From Acidimicrobiia bacterium (GTDB taxonomy: Bacteria > Actinomycetota > Acidimicrobiia > IMCC26256 > JAENVU01): 64,000 bases of DNA. The notes beneath the pieces are model-generated. The model saw nothing but the letters and a program-made list of their open reading frames with translations, did no database searches and was not told the origin of the DNA. The position numbers were made by a program, and so were the translations under genes. The DNA lies in assembly GCA_031422675.1 (NCBI GenBank), contig JANPMG010000041.1, positions 7,166-71,165 on the forward strand, written 5' to 3'. Below, one piece after another: positions 17,821 through 25,854 of the stretch. Every line of letters begins with the position of its first letter. Position 1 is the first letter of the stretch.

Positions 17821-18813
17821 CTAGACCCTTTCCGCGATCTGAGTACCGATCTCCGTTGTCGTACCGCGGAGTTCGTCGGACTTGGCAATGGCTTCGTGAA
17901 TGCGCGCCGCGGCGGCGCTCTCACCGAGGAACTCGAGCATCATCGCCGCGCTGATGATCGCGGCCCGGGGATCGGCGGCACCGGTGCCGGCGATGTCTGG
18001 CGCGGAACCGTGGACCGGCTCGAACAACGACGGCCCCGTGCGGGCCGGGTTCAGGTTCGCGGAGGCGGCGCGCCCGATGCCGCCACCGACGGCACCACCG
18101 AGGTCGGTGAGGATGTCGCCGAACAGATTGTCGGTGACGATCACGTCGTACTTCTCGGGCCGCTGGACGAAATGGATACAAGCCGCGTCCACGTGGTCGT
18201 AGCCGGTCGAGACGTCCGGATACTCCGCGGCCACGATGTCGAAGGTGCGCTGCCACAGGTCGCCGGCGAAGGTGAGCACGTTGGTCTTGTGCACGAGATG
18301 CAACCGCTTCGCCGTCCGGGTCTGCGCCAGGTCGAACGCGTAGCGGACGCAGCGTTCCACTCCCATCCGGGTGTTGACCGAGCCCTGGGTGGCGATCTCG
18401 TGGGGCGTGTCCTTGCGTAGGAACCCACCCTCCCCGGCGTAGGTCCCCTCGGTGTTCTCGCGCACCACGATCATGTCGACGCCGTCGTTCAACGCGCTCG
18501 GACCCGCGAGGAAGGGGCGATGGTTCACGTAGAGGTCGAGCCCGAATCGCATCTTCAACAACAGCCCGCGCTCGAGCACCCCCGGTGGCACCTCCGGTGT
18601 TCCCACCGCGCCGAGCAGGATCGCGTCGAGGCCGCGCAGCTCGTCGAGCACGGCATCCGGGAGCACCTCGCCGGTCGCCAGGTAGCGGACGCCACCGAGG
18701 TCGTAGTCGACCCGGTCGTAGGCCACGCCCGTGGCATCGACGACGTCCAGCGCGGCCGCAATGACCTCCGGTCCGATGCCGTCACCACCGATGATGCCGA
18801 TCCGATGACTCAT
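17821..18813 (-). CDS. leuB: 3-isopropylmalate dehydrogenase
   Basis: [22 protein letters not shown] and GSAPDIAG motifs. 330 aa, the short actinobacterial type. Confidence 0.95.
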   Translation of the reverse strand: MSHRIGIIGGDGIGPEVIAAALDVVDATGVAYDRVDYDLGGVRYLATGEVLPDAVLDELRGLDAILLGAVGTPEVPPGVLERGLLLKMRFGLDLYVNHRPFLAGPSALNDGVDMIVVRENTEGTYAGEGGFLRKDTPHEIATQGSVNTRMGVERCVRYAFDLAQTRTAKRLHLVHKTNVLTFAGDLWQRTFDIVAAEYPDVSTGYDHVDAACIHFVQRPEKYDVIVTDNLFGDILTDLGGAVGGGIGRAASANLNPARTGPSLFEPVHGSAPDIAGTGAADPRAAIISAAMMLEFLGESAAAARIHEAIAKSDELRGTTTEIGTQIAERV

Positions 18814-18833
18814 GAAAAAAGAACTCCTGATAA

Positions 18834-18860
18834 CGAAAAACCGCCCACCGAAGTGGACGG
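18834..18860 (-). terminator. Intrinsic terminator CCGUCCAC-UUCG-GUGGGCGG followed by UUUUU, 20 nt upstream of the leuB ATG
   Basis: 8-bp stem (one G-U pair), UUCG tetraloop and a U5 tract read on the minus strand. No upstream same-strand gene exists for it to terminate. Confidence 0.7.
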
Positions 18861-18864
18861 TCGA

Positions 18865-18891
18865 GAGCGAACGCCGAGGCGGCGTTCGCTC
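18865..18891 (-). promoter_or_regulatory. Perfect 12-bp hairpin (GAGCGAACGCCG-CCU-CGGCGUUCGCUC) overlapping the leader-peptide stop codon
   Basis: Read directly. The 5' arm starts inside the UGA of the mini-ORF. Confidence 0.6.
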
Positions 18892-18922
18892 AGGGAATGA
18901 CGACGATGAGGTGTGAGCACAT
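18890..18922 (-). CDS. candidate BCAA leader peptide [10 protein letters not shown]
   Basis: ATG TGC TCA CAC CTC ATC GVC-type run: CTC ATC GTC GTC ATT gives 5 consecutive Leu/Ile/Val codons out of 10. It sits upstream of leuB-ilvE-cimA with a hairpin and terminator downstream, and a TAATCT -10-like hexamer at 18938-18933. Confidence 0.5.
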   Translation of the reverse strand: MCSHLIVVIP

Positions 18923-19014
18923 GGAACTTTTGAGATTAGCAGTCCGACGCCGAAACCGCCCGGAGTTCACCGGCAACCCGAGCCGATCGGGGGTCGACGG
19001 GTACCCTCGACCCG

Positions 19015-19485
19015 ATGGAACCCGTCCAACTGTCTGCCCCCGCCCACGAACGGCTGGTCGCCGAACTCGCGCATCGGAGCGGTCCCCTGCGGTTCGAGAT
19101 CGCCGAACGAATCGAGCGGGCCCGTGAACTCGGCGACCTGAAGGAGAACGCCGACTACGACGCGGCGAAGAACGAACAAGGCTTGAACGAGGCGCGGGTG
19201 CGCCAGCTGGAGGCGATGCTCCGGGATGCCGAGATCGTGGAGTCGGCATCGGGCGACGTCGTCGAAGCCGGCACGATCGTGGAGATCCGGATCGGCGGCG
19301 ACGCCGAAACCCAGTCCTATCTCATCGGCTCCATCGAAGAACGCAACGACGACTACGACGTCCTGTCCACCAGCTCGCCGCTGGGCCAGGCGCTCATCGG
19401 TCGCCGGGTCGGCGAGCGCGCCACCTACGAGACGCCGCGCAAAGCCGAACTCGGCGTGGAAGTCGTCAGCATCCGGCCCCTCTGA
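19015..19485 (+). CDS. greA: transcription elongation factor GreA
   Basis: The sequence ARELGDLKENADYDAAKNEQG is the GreA coiled-coil signature. 156 aa. Confidence 0.95.
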   Translation: MEPVQLSAPAHERLVAELAHRSGPLRFEIAERIERARELGDLKENADYDAAKNEQGLNEARVRQLEAMLRDAEIVESASGDVVEAGTIVEIRIGGDAETQSYLIGSIEERNDDYDVLSTSSPLGQALIGRRVGERATYETPRKAELGVEVVSIRPL

Positions 19486-19612
19486 CCGGTAAAGGGTCTC
19501 GGTCCGAAACGGGTCGCATCGACGCCGCATCACCGGTTTCGACACCGGCCCCTGCCGCGGGCGACATCTAGGCTGAACGGCCCCGCCGGCATCCGAGGAG
19601 TGAGTCACGGGC

Positions 19613-21028
19613 ATGGGTCAAACGCTGAGCGAGAAGGTCTGGGAACGCCACGTCGTACGCCGGACCGCCGGTGAGCCGGACCTGCTGTACATCGACCTGC
19701 ACCTGATCCACGAGGTCACGTCACCGCAGGCGTTCGACGGCCTCCGATTGGCGGGGCGGCCGGTGCGCCGGCCCGAGCTGACGGTGGCCACGATGGACCA
19801 CAACGTGCCGACCGCCGGCCTCGAACTCGGCATCACGGACCCGATCTCTCGCAAACAGATCGAGGTCCTCGACGCGAACTGCGACGAGTTCGGGATCCGG
19901 CTCTACGGAATGGGCGACGCCGGGCAGGGCATCGTCCACATCATCGGACCCGAACAGGGCCTCACGCAGCCGGGCATGACCATCGTCTGCGGCGACAGCC
20001 ACACCTCCACCCACGGGGCGTTCGGCGCGTTGGCCTTCGGGATCGGGACCAGCGAAGTGGAGCACGTCCTGGCTACCCAGACGCTGACCCAGACGAAGCC
20101 GGGCACCATGGCCATCACCGTCGACGGCGAGCTGCCCGCGGGTGTGACCGCGAAGGATCTCGTGCTCGCGATCATCGAGCGCATCGGCACCGGCGGCGGG
20201 ATCGGTTCTGTCATCGAGTACCGCGGTGCGGCGATTCGCGCGTTGTCGATGGAAGGCCGGATGACGGTCTGCAACATGTCGATCGAAGCCGGGGCGCGCG
20301 CCGGTCTGATCGCCCCGGACGAGACCACGTTCGAATACCTGAAGGGCCGTCCGTTCGCACCGGCCGGAGCCGAGTGGGATGCCGCCGTCGCCGATTGGCG
20401 TTCGCTCGTCACCGACGACGACGCCGCGTTCGATCAGGAGGTGATCATCGACGCGAGTTCCCTTGCCCCGTACGTCACCTGGGGGACGAACCCGGCCCAG
20501 AGCGTGACCATCGCGGACACCGTCCCCGACCCTTCCGACTTCGAGTCCGCGAGCGAACGCGAGTCCGCCACCCGGGCGCTGCAATACATGGGCTTGAAGG
20601 CCGGCACCCCGATGCGAGCCATCGAGGTGGACACCGTGTTCATCGGTTCGTGCACGAACGCGCGTATCGAAGACCTGCGCGCCGCGGCAGCCGTTGCGAA
20701 GGGCCGGCGGGTGCGCGACGGCGTGCGGACGCTGGTGGTCCCCGGATCTTTCGCGGTCAAGGCCCAGGCGATTGCGGAGGGATTGGACTCCATCTTCACC
20801 GACGCCGGCTTCGACTGGCGCGAACCCGGATGCTCCATGTGCCTGGCGATGAATCCCGACAAGCTCGCGGCGGGCGAGCGGTGCGCGAGCACGAGCAACC
20901 GGAACTTCGAAGGTCGCCAGGGTCAAGGCGGACGCACCCATCTGGTCTCGCCCGAGGTGGCCGCGGCGACGGCGATCGCCGGTCACTTCGCGACCCCGGC
21001 GGACCTCCTCGAGAGTCAGGATGCGTGA
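19613..21028 (+). CDS. leuC: 3-isopropylmalate dehydratase large subunit
   Basis: [13 protein letters not shown]...[14 protein letters not shown]...VCGDSHT...[11 protein letters not shown]...CSMCLAMN are aconitase-family LeuC motifs. Confidence 0.97.
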   Translation: MGQTLSEKVWERHVVRRTAGEPDLLYIDLHLIHEVTSPQAFDGLRLAGRPVRRPELTVATMDHNVPTAGLELGITDPISRKQIEVLDANCDEFGIRLYGMGDAGQGIVHIIGPEQGLTQPGMTIVCGDSHTSTHGAFGALAFGIGTSEVEHVLATQTLTQTKPGTMAITVDGELPAGVTAKDLVLAIIERIGTGGGIGSVIEYRGAAIRALSMEGRMTVCNMSIEAGARAGLIAPDETTFEYLKGRPFAPAGAEWDAAVADWRSLVTDDDAAFDQEVIIDASSLAPYVTWGTNPAQSVTIADTVPDPSDFESASERESATRALQYMGLKAGTPMRAIEVDTVFIGSCTNARIEDLRAAAAVAKGRRVRDGVRTLVVPGSFAVKAQAIAEGLDSIFTDAGFDWREPGCSMCLAMNPDKLAAGERCASTSNRNFEGRQGQGGRTHLVSPEVAAATAIAGHFATPADLLESQDA

Positions 21029-21621
21029 TGCGCGCCGTCCGTGAGATCGTCGCCCGGGGCGTACCGCTCGATCGCTCCGACGTCGACACCGACCAGATCA
21101 TCCCATCCGAATGGCTCAAGCGGGTCGAGCGGACCGGTTTCGGCGCCGGGCTCTTCTCCGAGTGGCGAGAAGCGTCGGACTTCGTCCTGAACCAGGACCG
21201 CTATGCCGATGCTCACGTGCTCGTCACCGGTCCCAACTTCGGCACCGGATCGTCACGAGAGCACGCGGTTTGGGCCCTCCAGGATTACGGATTCGAGGCC
21301 GTGATCTCGTCGCGCTTCGCCGACATCTTCCGAAACAACGCGCTGAAGGGCGGCTTGGTGCCCGTCACCCTCGCCGAACCGATCGTGCGCACGATCATGG
21401 CGGCGCTCGATGACGACCCGGCGATCGAAATCGTGATCGACGTCGTGGACCGGCGCGTCGCCGTCCCCGCGATCGGGTTGGACGAACCGTTCGTACTGGA
21501 CGACTACACCCAACACCGTCTGCTCGAAGGGCTCGACGACATCGGGATCACCGAGACCCACCGGGACGCCATCGCCACCTTCGAGGCGAGCCGACCGGCG
21601 TATCTGCCATCGACCCGCTGA
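21028..21621 (+). CDS. leuD: 3-isopropylmalate dehydratase small subunit
   Basis: DVDTDQIIP...GPNFGTGSSREHAVWAL motifs. The ATG overlaps the leuC TGA (TGATG). Confidence 0.95.
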   Translation: MRAVREIVARGVPLDRSDVDTDQIIPSEWLKRVERTGFGAGLFSEWREASDFVLNQDRYADAHVLVTGPNFGTGSSREHAVWALQDYGFEAVISSRFADIFRNNALKGGLVPVTLAEPIVRTIMAALDDDPAIEIVIDVVDRRVAVPAIGLDEPFVLDDYTQHRLLEGLDDIGITETHRDAIATFEASRPAYLPSTR

Positions 21622-21647
21622 ACCGGCTGAACCGGCGCCGACCGTGA

Positions 21648-21776
21648 TCAGGCAGGAATCTGATGTGCGGCGCGTTCGCGATACAGCGCTTCGTCGACGG
21701 CGACGCCGAGTTCGACGGCGAGTTCCCGAGTCTGGTCCCGGTCGAACAAGTACGTGAGAAAGTCGGTGTAGTTCAT
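21648..21776 (-). CDS. small hypothetical protein (42 aa, MNYTDFLTYLFDRDQTRELAVELGVAVDEALYRERAAHQIPA)
   Basis: The ATG is preceded by GGGAGG 7 nt upstream. It is the C-terminal part of track ORF 21648..22004. No family recognised. Confidence 0.4.
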   Translation of the reverse strand: MNYTDFLTYLFDRDQTRELAVELGVAVDEALYRERAAHQIPA

Positions 21777-21884
21777 GGCGGATGCCTCCCGTTGTGTGAA
21801 TACCCACAGCAGGTATCGGTCCGGACCGGCGCCGAACTTGAACAGGTTCTCGGAGTAGCCGACCGGTCGTGCGAGAATGGCCCG

Positions 21885-22304
21885 GTGATCAAGCTGATTC
21901 GACGGGGAGCAATCGCGGGCGCACTCGCCGGACTCGCCCTCGCCGCCTGGAAGTTCCTCGCCGCCCGCAGCCCCGATACCGCCGGGGTGCGTTACGAACC
22001 GCAACCGTTCCCGATGCCCCCACGCCCGATACCGCCAGCTCCGATACCTCCGGCACCGGCACGTCCGACTCCGACACCCGCAGCCTCGGACCCACCGGCC
22101 TCCGACCTACCGGCCTCCGACCCGCCGGCGGTCGAGCCCGACGCGGAGGGGAACTGTCCGGTCTCGCATCCGATCAAGGGCAAGCGCACGTCGGGCATCT
22201 ACCACCAACCCGGCGGGTTCGCGTACGACCGCACGCGCGCGGACCGTTGCTACCTCGACGCAGCCGCCGCCGAACACGACGGTCTGCGCGCGGCCAAACG
22301 CTGA
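21885..22304 (+). CDS. membrane-anchored Pro-rich protein with a C-terminal Cys-containing IKG..IYH.PG..Y domain (sunset-like)
   Basis: From GTG 21885 there is a TM helix (GAIAGALAGLALAAW), then a PxP-rich linker, then CPVSHPIKGKRTSGIYHQPGGFAYDRTRADRCY...AAAEHDGLRAAKR. Confidence 0.6.
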   Translation: MIKLIRRGAIAGALAGLALAAWKFLAARSPDTAGVRYEPQPFPMPPRPIPPAPIPPAPARPTPTPAASDPPASDLPASDPPAVEPDAEGNCPVSHPIKGKRTSGIYHQPGGFAYDRTRADRCYLDAAAAEHDGLRAAKR

Positions 22305-22390
22305 GCGCGACAGTTCTTCCTTTCACACGCGCGCTGACCTACCGTGCGCCGCTCGTCGACCGCCATGGTCGACCGACTGGGGAGACACAC

Positions 22391-22768
22391 ATGCTCGAAG
22401 ACTTCAAGAAGTTCATTCTCAAGGGCAACCTCGTGACACTGGCGGTGGCGTTCATCATCGGCCTCGAGTTCAGCAAGGTCGTGACGAGCTTCACCGACGA
22501 CATCGTCATGAGAGTCGTCGGTGCGATCGTCGGCAAGCCCAGCTTCAACGATCTCACGCTCGGGATCGGTGACGGCGTGATCAACTACGGCAGCTTCCTC
22601 ACCGCGCTGCTCAACTTCGTCATCATCGGCTTCGTCCTCTTCCTCATCGTGAAGCTGTACGAGAAGGCTGAGGAGAAGATGGGCGTCAAGAAGGACGACG
22701 AGGCTCCCACCGACGTGGACCTGCTCTCGGAGATCCGCGACCTGCTCAAGGCGCAGCGCGCCTCGTAA
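22391..22768 (+). CDS. mscL: large-conductance mechanosensitive channel
   Basis: MLEDFKKFILKGNLVTLAVAFIIG...INYGSFLTALLNFVIIGFVLFLIVK is the canonical MscL sequence. Confidence 0.95.
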   Translation: MLEDFKKFILKGNLVTLAVAFIIGLEFSKVVTSFTDDIVMRVVGAIVGKPSFNDLTLGIGDGVINYGSFLTALLNFVIIGFVLFLIVKLYEKAEEKMGVKKDDEAPTDVDLLSEIRDLLKAQRAS

Positions 22769-22785
22769 TCCACTGCTCGGTCGCG

Positions 22786-22828
22786 ACTGCGCCGCATTCC
22801 CCGAACGGTCGGGTGGGTGCGGCGCAGT
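22786..22828. terminator. 11-bp stem hairpin (ACTGCGCCGCA...TGCGGCGCAGT) with an inner CCCGA/TCGGG helix, followed by TTGGGTTT
   Basis: It lies between the convergent mscL (stop 22768) and serA (stop 22838). Confidence 0.55.
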
Positions 22829-22837
22829 TTGGGTTTC

Positions 22838-24424
22838 TCAGCCGAGTTCGATGGCGCGAGCGTCGGTGATGCCGTCTTGCGCGCGAAGGGCATCGAGGAC
22901 GTCATCGGTGACCGGGGTCGACGTGGACAACGCCATCAACGCCGCCTGACCCGCGTCCGTCCGGCCCACCACCATGTCGTCGATGTTGATCGTGGCGTCA
23001 CCGAGGATCATGCCGACCCGGCCGATGATCCCCGGGACGTCGGAGTTGCGCACCACGAGCATGTGCGCGGACGGGGGAACGTCGATCACGTGGTCGTCGA
23101 TACCGACGATGCGCGGTGAGCCCTGCTTGCCGTAGAGCGTGCCGGCCACGTGGGTGGAGCGACCGCGGTAGGAGCCGCGCAGCTCCACCAGGTTGACGTA
23201 ATCGTGGGTGGACGCAAGCTTCGACTCGCGAACTTGCAAGCCACGATCCTTCGCGATGGCCGGCGCGTTCACAAAGCTCACCGGTTCGTCGACGACGGGC
23301 CCGAGCACGCCTTTGAGCGCAGCCAGTGTGAGCACTTTGCAGTCGTAATCCGCGATCTGGCCCTCGAACGAGACCTCGAGCGTGTCGACCACACCGCCGG
23401 CCAAACCGGTGAACAGCTGGCCGAGGCGCTCGACGAGCGGGAGGAACGGCGCGACGGTCGCGTTGGCTTCACTCGCCGCCAAGTTCACGGCGAACGGCAC
23501 GAACTGGCCCGCCAGACCCAGGACCACCATTTCGGCGATGGTCTGACCGGCCTTGTCCTGCGCTTCGTTCGTGGACGCGCCGAGATGCGGCGTGACCACG
23601 ATGTTCTCGAGGTCGAAGAGCGGGGACTGGGTGGTGGGTTCGGTGGCGAAAACGTCGATGGCCGCGCCCGCAACCGTGCCGTCGCGCAGGGCCGCGGCGA
23701 GCGCGGCTTCGTCGATGATCCCGCCGCGCGCGGTGTTGACGATCCGCAGTCCGGGCTTGGCGCGAGCCAGCAGCTCCGCGTCGAAGAGGCCCAGGGTCTC
23801 GGGCGTCTTGGGCAGATGGATCGTGAGGAAGTCCACCGTCGCCACGAGCGTGCCGAGATCCGGTTCGAGCTCGACACCGAGCTGACGGGCGCGCTCGGCG
23901 CTCACGTACGGGTCGTAGGCGACGAGGCGCATCCCGAAGGCAAGGCACCGTTGCGCGACGAGCACCCCCACTCGCCCGAGCCCCACCACGCCGAGCGTCT
24001 TGCCGTGGAGTTCCACGCCGGTCCAGCGGGCGCGGTTCCATTTCCCGGCCTTCAGGTCACGATCGGCTTGGGGAATGTTGCGAGCTTGAGCCAGCAGCAG
24101 CGCCACCGCCTGTTCGGCGGCCGAGATGACGTTCGACTGCGGCGCGTTGACCACCATGACGCCGCGCTGAGTGGCCGCGGCGACATCCACATTGTCCAGG
24201 CCGATCCCGGCCCGGCCCACCACGATCAGGTCCGTACCGGCGGCGAGCACCTCGGCCGTGACCTGGGTGGCGCTGCGGATCACCAACGCCGTCGCGCCCG
24301 GAATCGCAGCCACCAGCTCCGCCGGCGAGAGACCGAGCGCAACATCGACGTCGAGCCCCGCCGCCCGCATGTGTTCGAGGCCTCGCTCGGCCAGCTCTTC
24401 GGTCACCAGGACGCGTTGACTCAC
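22838..24424 (-). CDS. serA: D-3-phosphoglycerate dehydrogenase (long, ACT-domain type)
   Basis: 528 aa from GTG 24424 (VSQRVLVTEEL...). GLGRVG NAD motif and a C-terminal ACT-like domain are present. The size matches mycobacterial SerA1. Confidence 0.95.
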   Translation of the reverse strand: MSQRVLVTEELAERGLEHMRAAGLDVDVALGLSPAELVAAIPGATALVIRSATQVTAEVLAAGTDLIVVGRAGIGLDNVDVAAATQRGVMVVNAPQSNVISAAEQAVALLLAQARNIPQADRDLKAGKWNRARWTGVELHGKTLGVVGLGRVGVLVAQRCLAFGMRLVAYDPYVSAERARQLGVELEPDLGTLVATVDFLTIHLPKTPETLGLFDAELLARAKPGLRIVNTARGGIIDEAALAAALRDGTVAGAAIDVFATEPTTQSPLFDLENIVVTPHLGASTNEAQDKAGQTIAEMVVLGLAGQFVPFAVNLAASEANATVAPFLPLVERLGQLFTGLAGGVVDTLEVSFEGQIADYDCKVLTLAALKGVLGPVVDEPVSFVNAPAIAKDRGLQVRESKLASTHDYVNLVELRGSYRGRSTHVAGTLYGKQGSPRIVGIDDHVIDVPPSAHMLVVRNSDVPGIIGRVGMILGDATINIDDMVVGRTDAGQAALMALSTSTPVTDDVLDALRAQDGITDARAIELG

Positions 24425-24516
24425 GGGTTTTCCCCTCTTGGCCCTGCGGGCCGGGCCGGTCGGGCCCCGCTCCGCCGGAACGGCGCAACGAACGTCGGTG
24501 GTAAGGCGTCGCTCAC
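24421..24516 (-). CDS. possible upstream ORF (31 aa, VSDALPPTFVAPFRRSGARPARPAGPRGENP) whose TGA overlaps the serA GTG
   Basis: It starts with an exact copy of the serA RBS and GTG context (see the repeat feature). The stop and start overlap as GTGA. Its coding status is unproven. Confidence 0.3.
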   Translation of the reverse strand: MSDALPPTFVAPFRRSGARPARPAGPRGENP

Positions 24517-24543
24517 GGGTTTTCCCCTCTTGGCCCTGCGGGC
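24421..24543 (-). repeat. 31-nt exact direct repeat (24421-24451 and 24513-24543): minus strand GCCCGCAGGGCCAAGAGGGGAAAACCCGTGA
   Basis: Both copies were read base by base. The proximal copy carries the serA Shine-Dalgarno sequence and GTG. Confidence 0.9.
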
Positions 24544-24554
24544 ATCTCTTGGTT

Positions 24555-25754
24555 TCAGGCGAGGAAATCGGCGATGCGTTGGACCCCGACCTCGAGATCG
24601 TCGTCGCCCAAGGCGAAGGACAAACGCGCATATCCGGCGGCGCCGAACGCTTCGCCCGGAACAATCGCCACCTTCGCCACATCGAGCAGCACCTCGGCGA
24701 GTTCCAACGTCGACGTGACGACGCGACCGCCGAGTTCACGTCCGAGCACGCCTTCGAAACTGGGGAAGCAATAGAACGCGCCCTGGGGTTCCACGCACAT
24801 CACGCCGGGAATGTTGCTGAGCATCGAGTGCATCGTCTTGCCGCGTCGTTCGAATGCGTCGCGCATCATCGCCACCGCCGAAAGATCGCCGGTCACGGCC
24901 GCGAGCGCCGCCCGTTGGGTGACGTTCGCGACGTTCGACGTGGAATGTGATTGCAGGTTCGTCGCCGCGGCGATGACGTCCTCCGGACCGATCATCCAAC
25001 CGACGCGCCAGCCCGTCATCGCGTAGGTCTTGGCGACACCGTTCAGCACGACACAGCGGTCGGCCAGCGCCGGGACGCGCGCCGGCATCGACGCGAACTC
25101 GTGGTCGCCGAAAGTGAGGTGCTCGTAGATCTCGTCGGTGACCACCCAGATCCCGTGCTCGACCGCCCAGCGGCCGATGGCCTCCACCTCCTCCACCGGG
25201 TACACCGCGCCCGTGGGGTTCGACGGTGACACGAAGAGCAGGACCTTGGTGTTCGAGGTGCGGGCGGCCTCGAGCTGATCGACCGTGACCCGAAAACCGG
25301 CCTCGGCCGTGGTGCCCAACACGATCTCTTGTCCGCCGGCCAGCGCAATGGCTTCGGGGTAGGTGGTCCAGTACGGCGCAGGCAGCAACACCTCGTCACC
25401 GGGATCGAGCAGCGCCTGGAACGTGTTGTAGACCGCGTGCTTCCCACCGTTGGTCACCAGGACTTGGCTCGGGATGCAGCCGAATCCGGAATCGCGGGCG
25501 GTTTTGTCGGCGATGGCGCGCCGCAGTTCGGGCAAGCCCGCCGTGGGTGAATATCGATGGTTCGCCGGGTTCCGGCAGGCCTCGATGGCCGCCTCGACGA
25601 CGTGAGGCGGCGTGGGAAAATCCGGCTCACCGGCCCCGAACCCGACGACGGGCTCTCCTGCCGCCTTCATGGCCTTGGCTTTGGCGTCGACCGCCAGGGT
25701 CGCCGATTCGGCGATGGCCGCGATGCGTCGGGAGACTCGCTGATCCTGGCTCAC
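24555..25754 (-). CDS. pyridoxal phosphate-dependent aminotransferase (aspartate aminotransferase class I)
   Basis: [49 protein letters not shown] and [12 protein letters not shown]-type motifs. I prefer GTG 25754 by alignment to AspAT N-termini, although the ORF is open to 25817. Confidence 0.9.
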   Translation of the reverse strand: MSQDQRVSRRIAAIAESATLAVDAKAKAMKAAGEPVVGFGAGEPDFPTPPHVVEAAIEACRNPANHRYSPTAGLPELRRAIADKTARDSGFGCIPSQVLVTNGGKHAVYNTFQALLDPGDEVLLPAPYWTTYPEAIALAGGQEIVLGTTAEAGFRVTVDQLEAARTSNTKVLLFVSPSNPTGAVYPVEEVEAIGRWAVEHGIWVVTDEIYEHLTFGDHEFASMPARVPALADRCVVLNGVAKTYAMTGWRVGWMIGPEDVIAAATNLQSHSTSNVANVTQRAALAAVTGDLSAVAMMRDAFERRGKTMHSMLSNIPGVMCVEPQGAFYCFPSFEGVLGRELGGRVVTSTLELAEVLLDVAKVAIVPGEAFGAAGYARLSFALGDDDLEVGVQRIADFLA

Positions 25755-25854
25755 CCGGCCATCGTGACACGCGAGCACCGTGGCGGCCGGACCGAAAACG
25801 CCCGACCGGCGGGCCAACGGATCCCCAGGGAACGGCTACTAACCTTGGCGGTGC

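Noticed and set aside
18967-19614. A 215-aa minus-strand ORF upstream of the leuB leader, considered as a possible gene served by the terminator at 18834-18860
   Set aside because: It is entirely antisense to greA, which has unmistakable GreA motifs, and its sequence looks non-protein-like. It therefore does not explain the terminator.
24421-24543. CRISPR-like or other regularly spaced repeat arrays (this locus, 32981-33148 and 36584-36710)
   Set aside because: There are only two copies per locus, the units are 31-89 bp with no unique spacers of constant length, and no cas genes are present. These are tandem or dispersed intergenic repeats, not CRISPR.
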